IMG/VR virus record: IMGVR_UViG_3300017540_000009
Span: 1-40,387 of that record
DNA: 40,387 bases
Direction: 5' to 3' (one strand)
Source of the DNA: a virus
Lineage: Duplodnaviria; Caudoviricetes
Shown: in pieces, positions 1 through 9,517 of the stretch
Layout: each line of letters begins with the position of its first letter
Numbering within the stretch: position 1 is the stretch's first letter
Position numbers and translations under genes: made by a program
Notes under the pieces: model-generated
What the model saw: only the letters and a program-made list of their open reading frames with translations
Databases searched by the model: none
What the model was told of the DNA's origin: nothing

Positions 1-985
1 CCATCTGTAAACCCTGTACCGAAGGTATCATTGTAGATACCGATAGGCAAGGTTCACCGTCGATTAAGTTTTTAAAAGCAAAAAGCAACTCTCGGAATTT
101 AGGTAATACCTGGCCTAGAAGAATTACAGTAACACCCCAGGCGTTTGGGTTTTCTCGAACTAAGATTGGGAAACGATCACCTATGGACATGAATCGTGAA
201 CGTTTCAAGTTGGTTTCTACATCCCAAGCTGCTGGTTTGAACGGTTTAAAACCTAGACCAATGAAATCAGCAACTACCTCTTCCAGATCATCCGAACTGC
301 GTATGGTTAAGTCTATACCATTCAATGAATAATCATTGATTGAATTTGAAAGCTGCTTGATTAACTCCTCTGCAGCCTTCTTTACCTCCCCTTTATTAGA
401 GAAGGTGCGTGCCTCTAGTTGCGTTTCCATTTTCGTCATATGTTTAAACTTGTCTAATGAGGTGCCTTTAGCCAACAGAACAATCCTAGTATCGTCATGT
501 TTTAAGACTTTGGGACTAGTTGATTGTCCTAAAAACTCTACATAAGGTTTAGATTTACCTAACACAGATTTACTATAGGTAACCAGAAACCAATCGTATT
601 GTTGGCTAAGCCTAAACCACATTTTGTTTGCTTCAGGAGATTGAATCTCACCTGACATTAGAGTAACACCGGAGTTGAGAAGGAACTTGTACATTTCAGT
701 AGCTAGTCCCTTTCCAGCATAGTCTGGATTAACAATAGAGTGTGGAATCTTTACTGTTTTCCAGTAGGTATTCTCTAAATGCATTATTGAAGCAACCTTA
801 CCTTTATCCAATAAAGCATAGGACGGTACAGACGGTATACCGTATTTAACTAAGGTATAACCTTTGATTTTTCCGAGAGTATCTTCGGAACCATCAATTT
901 CTTCCTGCGCGTCCTTAATAGCAGTTTGAATAAACTTAGGCTGCACTTTATGGTTTATGCGTAATGCTTCTAAGGTAATACCCAT
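1..985 (-). CDS. GNAT-like acetyltransferase domain fused to a second domain (runs off the window start; absent from the ORF track)
   Basis: Hand translation from ATG 985 is open to base 1: MGITLEALRINHK...IVNPDYAGKGLATEMYKFLL...QSPEANKMWFRL (GNAT motif A and B pattern). It continues QLEARTFSNKGEVKKAAEEL..., which resembles the N-terminus of 17321..18700. Confidence 0.75.
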   Translation of the reverse strand, partial: MGITLEALRINHKVQPKFIQTAIKDAQEEIDGSEDTLGKIKGYTLVKYGIPSVPSYALLDKGKVASIMHLENTYWKTVKIPHSIVNPDYAGKGLATEMYKFLLNSGVTLMSGEIQSPEANKMWFRLSQQYDWFLVTYSKSVLGKSKPYVEFLGQSTSPKVLKHDDTRIVLLAKGTSLDKFKHMTKMETQLEARTFSNKGEVKKAAEELIKQLSNSINDYSLNGIDLTIRSSDDLEEVVADFIGLGFKPFKPAAWDVETNLKRSRFMSIGDRFPILVRENPNAWGVTVILLGQVLPKFRELLFAFKNLIDGEPCLSVSTMIPSVQGLQM

Positions 986-994
986 AATAGAACC

Positions 995-1564
995 TTAGGT
1001 AGATTCTTCAGGATAGAACGGTGAAGGCTCAACCGTAGACTCCACGAAAACAGTACAACGCATTATACGTTCAGTTTGATAATTAAAGGCTTGAATACCT
1101 ATTTCATATAAACCGATCGTACCTCCAGTTAGGAAAACCTGGATAGCTTCTTCATGCTTGTAAAGGTCAATGCGACGGGCTTCTAAGTCCTCAAAAGTTA
1201 GACGATCAAACCTATTTCCAAAAGGATCCCCTCCGATTGGTTTAAACACCAATTCAATCCGATAATAATCGGAAGGATTAAGGCCTTTACAATCTGCACT
1301 GACGGCAACTCTCCAAGGTTTCTTATCGGAACCAAAATCCTTGGTAGTGTTGATGCCTTCAGAGATTTTGATAGGACCGTCAGCATTAAAGAGACACACG
1401 CCTAATTCCAAGCTGCAATCAGAAACGCAAGTCCAGCCATTGGCGGGAACACCGGGTATTATAGATCCGATAGCAGGCGCTTGGTTATAACGCAATTCAA
1501 AGTAGGGCTGGACCTGAGGATTTGCAGGAAATACCAGATCGCATTGTCTTACCGGAGCCGCCAT
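995..1564 (-). CDS. Hypothetical (probably virion) protein, paralog of 1574..2374
   Basis: 189-aa ORF with GAGG upstream. It aligns by eye over its length with the C-terminal part of the upstream gene. Confidence 0.75.
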   Translation of the reverse strand: MAAPVRQCDLVFPANPQVQPYFELRYNQAPAIGSIIPGVPANGWTCVSDCSLELGVCLFNADGPIKISEGINTTKDFGSDKKPWRVAVSADCKGLNPSDYYRIELVFKPIGGDPFGNRFDRLTFEDLEARRIDLYKHEEAIQVFLTGGTIGLYEIGIQAFNYQTERIMRCTVFVESTVEPSPFYPEEST

Positions 1565-1573
1565 TTACAAACC

Positions 1574-2374
1574 TCACTGAGCAAAAATTTCTACAATAGA
1601 AGTCATTAGTTGACCTGTCTGAATATTTTCAGATTCCAAACCAATACGGTAACGGCCTCTATTAGTGCCCATATCCAGAATGAATTGTGCTACTTGGCTA
1701 GATTTATCAAACTGAGCAGGCCACATTTCATATTTGAATCCGTCGTAGGTTAGAACTCGACCATTACCTAACTGAGGTTCACCCTCTACAGCAGATATGC
1801 GCAATCGCACCTTATAGTGTTCGGTAATGGGTAGGTTTGTAAAGACCGCAGCAGATAGAACTACTTGCCAACCTTTCTTGTTGGGCCCGAAACGATCCAA
1901 TACAACTACGCCTAGAGGATTTAAGTCAGGCATGGTAGTTTCGTCTGTGTACCGAACTGAAACGCCCAATTCAAGAGTAGCATCACTGCATACTATGAAT
2001 TTACCATTGGGAACACCGATTAAAAGATTAGTACCATCAGTGGCTACAGCATTAACGTCTGTGTCAACCTTTGGAACGAAGTACGGTAAGACGTTTGGGT
2101 TCTTGGGTATGACCAAGTCGGTATCGTCTCCTGAGGTGCTTTCAAGCTCAAGCATAGATCCGAATTGAGACTGTGAATCGCCGCCTTCGCCACTAATGCT
2201 GTCATCGTTGGTTTCAACAGAAAAACCAGTAAGGTTAACGTCATTGTTGTCTCCTGACGTGGAGGAATCCATAGGCTGTTCGGATTCTTGTTCGATAGGT
2301 TGGGTTGGTTGTTCGGGGGTTTCAGTAGGTTGATTAATCGGATCGGTACCTGACGTTTCTAAGGTATCGCTCAT
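1574..2374 (-). CDS. Hypothetical (probably virion) protein with acidic disordered N-terminus, paralog of 995..1564
   Basis: 266-aa ORF with AAGGAG RBS. Shared blocks include DLVIPKNPNVLPYF/DLVFPANPQVQPYF and SDATLELGV/SDCSLELGV. Confidence 0.75.
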   Translation of the reverse strand: MSDTLETSGTDPINQPTETPEQPTQPIEQESEQPMDSSTSGDNNDVNLTGFSVETNDDSISGEGGDSQSQFGSMLELESTSGDDTDLVIPKNPNVLPYFVPKVDTDVNAVATDGTNLLIGVPNGKFIVCSDATLELGVSVRYTDETTMPDLNPLGVVVLDRFGPNKKGWQVVLSAAVFTNLPITEHYKVRLRISAVEGEPQLGNGRVLTYDGFKYEMWPAQFDKSSQVAQFILDMGTNRGRYRIGLESENIQTGQLMTSIVEIFAQ

Positions 2375-2396
2375 TCATTTACTCCTTATAGTATTG

Positions 2397-2406
2397 CTAT
2401 AAAATT
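2397..2406 (-). promoter_or_regulatory. Candidate late promoter motif AATTTTATAG
   Basis: One of six intergenic copies of AATTT(T/A/C)AT(A/G), 22 nt upstream of ATG 2374. Confidence 0.5.
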
Positions 2407-2440
2407 AGCGGCGTGCCTACAAGTAGCTAAGCCGCTAATT
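2401..2440 (-). terminator. Probable intrinsic terminator after the tail sheath gene
   Basis: Inverted repeat AATTAGCGGC (2403-2412) / GCCGCTAATT (2431-2440) ending in TTTT on the minus strand. Confidence 0.65.
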
Positions 2441-2443
2441 CCG

Positions 2444-4399
2444 TTAACCTTGACCGTACAGGTTAGTGAGGGTTTCAGTGAAGGAAACACCAACCTTGGA
2501 AATCACAAAGTCTATCTGTAGTTCATGAACCGGTAGGATCGGGATAATCACCACAGTACAACGTAGGATACCAGAGTTGACATAAGCTGCCGGGTTATTT
2601 GAATCATCGCAAACAACAGAATACGATGAGATACCACGGGCAATCTTTACAGTTTCCAGATACTCAGAGAATGTACCTTGTAATTGTCTTCGGGTAAATT
2701 CATCGTTCGGTTGTTGTAGAATATATAGACCAAACTTATATAGCGAGGTCTTCATTACGTTAACAATCCGACGAACCGAAAGCCATGACAAGGCAGATTT
2801 CTTAGCCTGTAGGGTTTGTTGTTCCCAAAGAGAGATACCCTGACCGATGAAGTTTCGAGTGTAGTTGACCTGTGCATTAAACATCAGGTTCATTTCACCT
2901 TCTTCAAAGATGTATCGGGTCTTTAGTACAGGAACAATACCACGGTTCAAGCCTGCAATACTGAAGGAAGCATTAGCTACCCGATCAGTACGCGCACATA
3001 GAGCAGCAGCCCAGCCCGAGAACGGCACATATAGCTGCTTACCGTTGATGTTGTCAGCCTCCAGAAGGTCTGGGTTGAACAATGCTGAGTAACTTGAGTT
3101 CAAATTCAACTCAATATTACGGTAGTTAACTGCGTCTTGTGCTCGCTGTTTGGCAGAAGGAACGTCTAGAAGCGCAACTGCATCTTGACGTTTTTGAACC
3201 ACCTGGTCCATTGTTTGCTGAACATTCGGATTAGCTACACCGGAGTTGATCAGCAAGTTAACGGTGATGGTTTCTCTATTACCAAACGAATTCCAGGCAT
3301 TAGCAATATCAAAAGGAGTTGGTGCTGAACCAGACCAACCATTGTTCATTACTACTTTCTCCGTAGTGCCTACTTCTGGAGTATTAAGTAGTGCAGGAAC
3401 ATTCGAGGTTACTTGGATGAACTGCGAATACGGATTAATACGTTCTGTTAGTTCAGTGCTTACCCCGTCGTCATCAGTTCCCTCTAGCAGAGTGCAGGGG
3501 AATGATTCACGAGGAGTAAACATTGAATACGTATAGTCGTAAACGTTTACTAGGAAAATTGGGCTAGGTGGGTTAACATCTGCTGGATCAGTGATCGGCT
3601 TTTGAGTTTGATCAGGTACTAAACCACCAGTATCCGTAAACTCAGAAGTACCTTGGCCGATTTCTGTTAGGAGACCAATGTCTGCCGTTGCGCCACGACC
3701 ATAAAGACGATACGCGATAGCATTCGGAACTAGATCCCAGGCCAACGTAATAGAATTAGTTGTACCACCACCAGAAGCAATCACAACCGTTTGGACAGCA
3801 GAGGCTAAGGTTTCACCGGTGCTCGAAACCGCAGAAATCTGATAATTGTAGGTACCTTCAGATAGTTGACCACCAGTAGAACTTGAGGTAGCCGTAAAAT
3901 TGGAAGGTACTTTAACTTCAGTACTTTGAATTTCGATAGCAACAGGCGAATCACCATCTTCGTTAGCATATCCACCGGGACCCTTGTTCGGATAGAACAT
4001 TGCGATAGGAGTAGCCCCTGTTGGAACCATGTTTGGCCAAGGAGGTACTTCTGGATTAGGTACGTCAGCTAAGCCCACTGCTAGTTTGGTAACACCACCA
4101 TCGTCATAAAGCATGACGTTAGAATACTTTGCGCCAACGCCAACAACACGGCGTCCCCACATTGCGTTCCCTTCCTTAAAGAAATCCAGGGCGCAATAAA
4201 CGCTAAAGGAAATCTTGGCGTTGGGATTACCAAATTCAGTTAGAATTGATTGACCGGTTGGGTAGAAATTCATAGAAGTCCTACCACGGTCTGACACGAA
4301 TACAACTCCGCCTACACTAGAACTTGCTGAGGTAACCACCTCAGACATATCAAATTCCTGTAGGTAAACGTCGGAGTGTCTATTTTGTAAAATACTCAT
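2444..4399 (-). CDS. Contractile tail sheath protein
   Basis: N-terminal DVYLQEFDMS and EFGNP, YVPFSG..AALCARTD, AGLNRG, and a C-terminal LSVRR...PNDEFTR...VVCDDSNN...G.LRCTV..IP pattern typical of myovirus sheaths. Confidence 0.93.
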   Translation of the reverse strand: MSILQNRHSDVYLQEFDMSEVVTSASSSVGGVVFVSDRGRTSMNFYPTGQSILTEFGNPNAKISFSVYCALDFFKEGNAMWGRRVVGVGAKYSNVMLYDDGGVTKLAVGLADVPNPEVPPWPNMVPTGATPIAMFYPNKGPGGYANEDGDSPVAIEIQSTEVKVPSNFTATSSSTGGQLSEGTYNYQISAVSSTGETLASAVQTVVIASGGGTTNSITLAWDLVPNAIAYRLYGRGATADIGLLTEIGQGTSEFTDTGGLVPDQTQKPITDPADVNPPSPIFLVNVYDYTYSMFTPRESFPCTLLEGTDDDGVSTELTERINPYSQFIQVTSNVPALLNTPEVGTTEKVVMNNGWSGSAPTPFDIANAWNSFGNRETITVNLLINSGVANPNVQQTMDQVVQKRQDAVALLDVPSAKQRAQDAVNYRNIELNLNSSYSALFNPDLLEADNINGKQLYVPFSGWAAALCARTDRVANASFSIAGLNRGIVPVLKTRYIFEEGEMNLMFNAQVNYTRNFIGQGISLWEQQTLQAKKSALSWLSVRRIVNVMKTSLYKFGLYILQQPNDEFTRRQLQGTFSEYLETVKIARGISSYSVVCDDSNNPAAYVNSGILRCTVVIIPILPVHELQIDFVISKVGVSFTETLTNLYGQG

Positions 4400-4408
4400 T
4401 CAAGCCCC

Positions 4409-4681
4409 CTACTCAGAATCTGATTCTAAATCATCACTCGAAGGTTGGTCGGAATCATCAACAAGCCAACCATGCTTATGAGGTTGATTTTCAAATACAA
4501 CTAGAACACCAGCGTTCATTACATTCCAGTTGTTATCCACAGTAGTGCCTGGTTCGACGTTTACTCTGGAAAGCCCTTGAATGAAGACCGAAGTCTTCTC
4601 GCCTGACGGCGTTATTAATGTCGGGTTCTGCATAACACGAGTAGTGTTAGCAATCACCGTGACCACACGTTTCTTTGCCAT
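4409..4681 (-). CDS. Hypothetical protein
   Basis: 90-aa ORF tightly packed in the operon, with GGAG upstream. Confidence 0.65.
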   Translation of the reverse strand: MAKKRVVTVIANTTRVMQNPTLITPSGEKTSVFIQGLSRVNVEPGTTVDNNWNVMNAGVLVVFENQPHKHGWLVDDSDQPSSDDLESDSE

Positions 4682-5338
4682 TTAAGACTCCGGAAAAGGA
4701 ATTGTAACTGCGCTAGTACCTAAGACTTCATCAATTGAAACTTGATTGACTATGCCTGTAGAACCTAGGATTGGTTCACTAATGAATCCGTGCAATGTAA
4801 GGGTGGCTTGGCATTCGTACTCTGCCGTAGTTTCTGTTTTATTTTCCATCGTAGGAGTTGGGACAGATTCATTCATTTCCAAACCAACGCGAAGGTTCAA
4901 ATCACCGTACTTGACATTAAATTTTAACCCACCTTGGCGTCTAACAAACAACCAGCGCCGTTGAAATTCAAGTGCTGACCTTTGCCGTGTCCCCATTAAG
5001 CTATTGGTAACGTAAGCCACTTCAAATTCAAACAAAGCAGGTAGGATACGCACCCTATAGAACTGTTGCCCGTCACTATGGATAACAACTGGTACACCAC
5101 GCCTGGCTAAGGTTTGGGTATGAAAAGAAGTCGTATCATGCGCAAGGCTAGTTAAGCTTAGGTACGCGTAAGGATACCTAACACTCTTACCGGCTAACAG
5201 TTTCTCTATGGTACGAATACGGTCTATGGAATTGCCATAGGCTACCATACACTGGAACCGCTTAGAGAAATATTCTGCAACGCCTTTGAGCATGTATTCT
5301 TCAAGCGGTTGCAAGGCTTCTGACATATCAAAGTCCAC
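4682..5338 (-). CDS. Hypothetical protein, possible tail terminator or completion protein
   Basis: 218-aa ORF between head and sheath genes with a YPYAYLSL beta-rich pattern. The function is inferred from synteny only. Confidence 0.5.
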   Translation of the reverse strand: MDFDMSEALQPLEEYMLKGVAEYFSKRFQCMVAYGNSIDRIRTIEKLLAGKSVRYPYAYLSLTSLAHDTTSFHTQTLARRGVPVVIHSDGQQFYRVRILPALFEFEVAYVTNSLMGTRQRSALEFQRRWLFVRRQGGLKFNVKYGDLNLRVGLEMNESVPTPTMENKTETTAEYECQATLTLHGFISEPILGSTGIVNQVSIDEVLGTSAVTIPFPES

Positions 5339-5343
5339 AAATG

Positions 5344-5390
5344 AAAATGGCCCAAGCAGTAGCCTTGTGTTTAGCTACCAACTTGGGCCA
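5344..5390 (-). terminator. Probable intrinsic terminator
   Basis: TGGCCCAAG (5348-5356) / CTTGGGCCA (5382-5390) stem with an inner GTAGC/GCTAC stem, followed by TTTT on the minus strand. Confidence 0.65.
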
Positions 5391-5407
5391 CTAGAGGCTA
5401 CTACCGC

Positions 5408-5926
5408 TTACTTTTGTTGAGCGCTGAGGCTTGCAAGGAGTTTGGCAAAACTAGGAGCAGCTTTGGTTTTCTTGGCTTGTACCTTCTTGCCAGCAACCTT
5501 ACGAGCTCGCACTCTAGCTTCAACTTCTTCCTCTTCTTCCTCTTCCTCTTCTTCGTCAGCTTCTTCCTCTTCGTCCTCGTCGTGCTCTTCTTCGGACTCT
5601 AGTTCCTCTTCAGCATCCTCGAGTTCGTCTTCTTCCAGTTCACCTTCGAGTTCTTCCTCTTCGTCAGCAGCCTTTAGACGAGCTTTAGCTTTCAAAGTTT
5701 TAACCTTAGCAGCCTTTGCCTTCAGAGCTTTGGCTTTCAGAGCCTTAGCTTCAGGAGTATTCTCAAAAGCAGCGCGAAGGTTCTTCTCTAGGGTGATAAT
5801 GGTAGCTTCTACGTCAGGTTCCTTCATTGCAGCAGCAAAGCATTTAGCAGCAGCAACATGGTCACCATTCTGGTAGTGGGCAGCAGCAAGAAGCATACCG
5901 TCCAGGGCGCGCAGGTGTCGTTTCAT
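5408..5926 (-). CDS. Charge-segregated low-complexity protein, probable prohead core or internal protein
   Basis: K/A-rich tracts flank a poly-E/D tract. It lies directly downstream of the capsid gene and has many [LV]-x-A motifs. Confidence 0.65.
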   Translation of the reverse strand: MKRHLRALDGMLLAAAHYQNGDHVAAAKCFAAAMKEPDVEATIITLEKNLRAAFENTPEAKALKAKALKAKAAKVKTLKAKARLKAADEEEELEGELEEDELEDAEEELESEEEHDEDEEEEADEEEEEEEEEEVEARVRARKVAGKKVQAKKTKAAPSFAKLLASLSAQQK

Positions 5927-5956
5927 CGTTAATCCTTTATAGAGTTTCAGTTAGGT

Positions 5957-5980
5957 AAAGCTGGGAATTTAATTCCCAGC
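5957..5980 (-). terminator. Hairpin after the major capsid gene (terminator or RNA-stability element)
   Basis: Perfect inverted repeat GCTGGGAATT-T-AATTCCCAGC with only a short T-tract. Confidence 0.55.
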
Positions 5981-5995
5981 CCTTACTAACGATGA

Positions 5996-7081
5996 TTAAG
6001 CCCGAATGCCTTTCGCTACAGCTCTGGGGTTAGCCAGCGTCATAGCGAAGGATTCCCAAACAACCCAACCGCGACCAGGAACCTTCTCAACTTCGATGCC
6101 GACTGGAGCGGATTGTAGACCACCGCGATCCGAGTAAGCACCTAGGTTCAGAGGATCGGCGAATACAAAGAATTCACCTTGGTTCAGAACCTTATGCTCT
6201 GGGTGACGATAAGCGTCGGTAACTAGAGTAGCACCCCACAGTACACCGAGTTCGCCAGTTAGCAGTAGTTCGTGACGAGCCACTGGGTCAATAGCGTTTT
6301 GCATTTCGGTGTTGCCGATGATATCCTGTAGCAGGTCAGAAGCCATCAGCACGTAAGGAGTCTTTAGACCCCAGCGGTTAACCTTGGTCAGAACACGAGC
6401 AAAGGTGTAGGGAGTTAGCTGTGAGCTAATAACCGACAGTTCGTTGTCCAGGTTAACAACAGCGTTTGAAGCCATGTACAGCAGACGGTCTTCAGCAACC
6501 ATCAGGGATTCTTGAGCTTCAACAAACTTTTCTTCCAGAACATCGTTGTTCGATTGGTTGATTTCGTTTTCAGGAACGAAAGGACGAGCAACGATTTGGA
6601 ATTCCGGAGGAGTAAACCAACGGTCTAGAGCGATTTGAGCGTCGATTTGGGTCGGGCTGGTTGAGTAAACAGCAGTGACATTCTTCGAAGCCATCTTGAA
6701 GCGAGGAATCGAGCCTTGGTCAACAGTGTTCTTGGTAAGGAACTTACGCAGGAAACCTTGACGGTTAGCAGTGATATACAGTGCTTCAGCCATCTTCTCG
6801 CCTAGAACGCGATAGCTACGGCTGTCATTAAAAGCAGCAGTCAGTAGTTCACGGTTACGAGCCTTGAAGTCTTGGGCGGCAGCCAGGGTACCGTCTTGAA
6901 CGATTTGGCCTTGGCTAGCAGCTTGCAGAAGCTTGGCGTTTTGGCGCCACAGGTCAGCCTTACTTGAAGCGTTAACTTCACCATTGCGGCCGATTAGGCG
7001 TTCAGCACCCTTTTCCGTACGGAACTCAGTAGCTGCTTGAACGGGGGTACGCGCCGCCTTAACAGGAATGCGTTTTGCCAT
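5996..7081 (-). CDS. Major capsid protein (HK97 fold)
   Basis: 361 aa in protease-scaffold-decoration-capsid order with strong GGAG RBS. It has LMVAEDR, GELGVLWGATLVTD and a C-terminal ESFAMTLANPRAVAKG typical of HK97-type capsids. Confidence 0.85.
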   Translation of the reverse strand: MAKRIPVKAARTPVQAATEFRTEKGAERLIGRNGEVNASSKADLWRQNAKLLQAASQGQIVQDGTLAAAQDFKARNRELLTAAFNDSRSYRVLGEKMAEALYITANRQGFLRKFLTKNTVDQGSIPRFKMASKNVTAVYSTSPTQIDAQIALDRWFTPPEFQIVARPFVPENEINQSNNDVLEEKFVEAQESLMVAEDRLLYMASNAVVNLDNELSVISSQLTPYTFARVLTKVNRWGLKTPYVLMASDLLQDIIGNTEMQNAIDPVARHELLLTGELGVLWGATLVTDAYRHPEHKVLNQGEFFVFADPLNLGAYSDRGGLQSAPVGIEVEKVPGRGWVVWESFAMTLANPRAVAKGIRA

Positions 7082-7113
7082 TTAAATTCTCCTTGATTCT
7101 TAGTTAGGGCGGA

Positions 7114-7794
7114 TTAACGGAATTCAATGCCCAGGTAGGGGATATCGCTAGAGGGCAGTTCAACAACCCAACCGTCGATCGCGGCACCAGTGCCCTTATC
7201 GCAAGTAATGTAACCACCAGCAGCAGTTTCAATTGCCTTGCAAGCTGACCAGTCAGCAGCAGCGTCAAACTGCGAGGTGTAGACAATACCACGAGTAACT
7301 AGACCGACTTGACCTAGCTGATCACCTGAGTAACCACCTGGTTGAATGTCACCGTAAGTACCACGCTGCTCTAGGGCAGACATGACAAACTTATAAGTAA
7401 TGGTAACGTCAACGCCAGGAGGCAGACCGGAAACCTTGTCGTCAACAACAGTTACGGCGCCAGTAACCGGGATAGCAACACCGTCAGTGTTATTATAGAT
7501 AAACACGTCTTGGGCTGACTTCGGGATACGGGACAGCGTAACGATACCGGGTGCGGGAACCAGGTATTCTTCAATTTTGTTTTGCTCATCTTCGCGGAAA
7601 GGATAAGCACTGGTTTGTACCATGGTGAAACCAACGAAGATTTCGTTAGCTTTAACACCAGTTGAAGGTGCAACGCCTTGCGAAGTAGCGCCTAGCATAC
7701 GTACAGCGGCTTGACCTTGTGCAGTGAAGACAGCACCTGGGGCAATTACTGCCTCGTGGGACAGAGTCGCTCTCGTTTTAGGAAAGTAAATCAT
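7114..7794 (-). CDS. Probable head decoration or minor capsid protein
   Basis: 226-aa beta-rich ORF between the scaffold and capsid genes, with AGGAG RBS. Confidence 0.55.
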   Translation of the reverse strand: MIYFPKTRATLSHEAVIAPGAVFTAQGQAAVRMLGATSQGVAPSTGVKANEIFVGFTMVQTSAYPFREDEQNKIEEYLVPAPGIVTLSRIPKSAQDVFIYNNTDGVAIPVTGAVTVVDDKVSGLPPGVDVTITYKFVMSALEQRGTYGDIQPGGYSGDQLGQVGLVTRGIVYTSQFDAAADWSACKAIETAAGGYITCDKGTGAAIDGWVVELPSSDIPYLGIEFR

Positions 7795-7836
7795 AAATTT
7801 CTCCTGATTTAGAAGTGGGGGCGACCAGCCCCGACT

Positions 7837-7846
7837 CTATAAAATT
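7837..7846 (-). promoter_or_regulatory. Candidate late promoter motif AATTTTATAG
   Basis: Same 10-mer as 2397-2406, upstream of the decoration and capsid genes. Confidence 0.55.
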
Positions 7847-7859
7847 TAGAACTGTGAAA

Positions 7860-9479
7860 TTACATGCCGAAAGTTAGCGGGGCGGCACCAGATAGAATAG
7901 CGTGGGCTTCTAAGCTAGTACCTTGAGCGCGACCATATCCACCGCTAACACGAGTATTGCCAGGTTGTGCTAGACTAGCAGTAATGGAAGCAGGTAAGAA
8001 TTGCTCAACTTCGTCAAAATCGGTTTCTTCATCGAAACCTTCGGCATCAGCATGCAGGTCAGGTGCGTCACCGATTTCCTCGTCTTCGACTTCCGATTCA
8101 ACAAAGTCGCCTGAGTCATCAATCAGATCCAGGGCGGCAGCAAACTGCGTACGAGTTGCCTCAGGCATCGCCGCTAGTTTTGAAGCTAGAGTAACGATAG
8201 ACTTGGCATAGCTGATACCATGGGTAGCGAAAGCGGCATTAACTACCTTAGTAGCATTGCGAATACCACATTGCTGTAGATTGGCAATCAGGCTAGCAGC
8301 TAGTTCGTTAGGTTGGTCTTTGAAGTACCGACGGTTAATACCAACAGAAGCAATGGCTAGGCATTGTTCCATTGATTTATCCTTGGCAGCAGCAACTTGG
8401 CGAACAGCAGCCGTAGTCTTTTGGACACGGGCGTCTACACGCTTATTGATAACATTGGACTTAGCAACGTTAATGGTCGAAAGAACAAAACCCATAGACT
8501 TCAGACCAGCGCGAATACCAGCACGTTGCATGGTAGCTGCGGTAACGTCTTGGAAGTTATCCGACATATAAACGTCTTCACACTTAGCCTTCATGGCCTG
8601 CTTGCGACCCATCGAGGCAATAACGCGACTACCCTTCAGGACTAGCAGACGGCTACCTACCGAGGCAAACACGCAAGATTCAACTTCGGTATCATCGGTT
8701 TCATCTAGATCGAGAATGCTAAACGTACCTTCTGCTTCGTCTACTGGAGCTTCGGCAACCATTTCGTCGCCTTCGTCAGAAGCTAATTCACCTTCGCCGA
8801 CCGGGCCGCCTGCAGGCAAATCAAATTCGTTTTCATCCTCGTCCCAGTCGCCATCGGTGTCACCAAGATCGAATTCTTCATCTTCGGCTTCTGGCTCATC
8901 GTCATCTTCAAAGTCTTCAGTAGCGGCTTCAAGAAAGTTCTCGACGTTATCTACCGATTCCATTTCGCCTTCTGAGGGTGCGTTAGGATCGTTTTCGACA
9001 ACATCAACTTCAGCAGGCGAATAAGCAATTTCTGCTTCTTCAGCTTCTGTCATGTCAGGAGCGTTAGGATCTTCTTCACCTAGGTTAGCTTCTACCAGAG
9101 GACCAGCAGCAGCACCGGTGGGCAGTAGCTCAACTTTAGGTTCGTCGTCTTCCAGATAACCTTCGGCAGGATTAATATCGTTGTCGATGGTTGAAACATT
9201 AATCGAATCGTTGGGAAGATCGTCATCTACAGCAGCTTGGATATTCCAACGAGGTTTCGGTTTGTTTTCCCCGGGTTCAGTCTTAGTGTAAGTTGAGCCA
9301 GGTTCCTGTTTGTCAAGGTATTTTAGATCGCCTGGTTCGTAAGCATTGTCTACGCCGAACTCTGGCAGGTCTTGAGCTTCCAGAGGGCCGTTATCGTAGT
9401 GCAGGCTTACCGAATCAGAAGCAGCCGCGACCTTGAACTTTCGCTTTGCTACTCCGGCGATTACTCGCGTCTTAGCCAT
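7860..9479 (-). CDS. Probable prohead scaffold or core protein
   Basis: 539 aa with very acidic disordered segments and a helical central domain, between the protease and capsid genes. It has many [VIL]-x-A sites. Confidence 0.65.
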   Translation of the reverse strand: MAKTRVIAGVAKRKFKVAAASDSVSLHYDNGPLEAQDLPEFGVDNAYEPGDLKYLDKQEPGSTYTKTEPGENKPKPRWNIQAAVDDDLPNDSINVSTIDNDINPAEGYLEDDEPKVELLPTGAAAGPLVEANLGEEDPNAPDMTEAEEAEIAYSPAEVDVVENDPNAPSEGEMESVDNVENFLEAATEDFEDDDEPEAEDEEFDLGDTDGDWDEDENEFDLPAGGPVGEGELASDEGDEMVAEAPVDEAEGTFSILDLDETDDTEVESCVFASVGSRLLVLKGSRVIASMGRKQAMKAKCEDVYMSDNFQDVTAATMQRAGIRAGLKSMGFVLSTINVAKSNVINKRVDARVQKTTAAVRQVAAAKDKSMEQCLAIASVGINRRYFKDQPNELAASLIANLQQCGIRNATKVVNAAFATHGISYAKSIVTLASKLAAMPEATRTQFAAALDLIDDSGDFVESEVEDEEIGDAPDLHADAEGFDEETDFDEVEQFLPASITASLAQPGNTRVSGGYGRAQGTSLEAHAILSGAAPLTFGM

Positions 9480-9517
9480 TTATTTCTCCTAGCTAGTCAA
9501 AATGGACAGAAGTCCTG

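Noticed and set aside
5414-5876. Plus-strand poly-Ser and poly-Phe ORFs
   Set aside because: They are antisense shadows of the GAA/GAG-rich acidic tract in 5408..5926.
7816-7835. GC-rich hairpin upstream of the decoration gene as a terminator
   Set aside because: The stem is imperfect and lies downstream of the promoter-like motif. It may be a 5' leader structure, but support is too weak to call.
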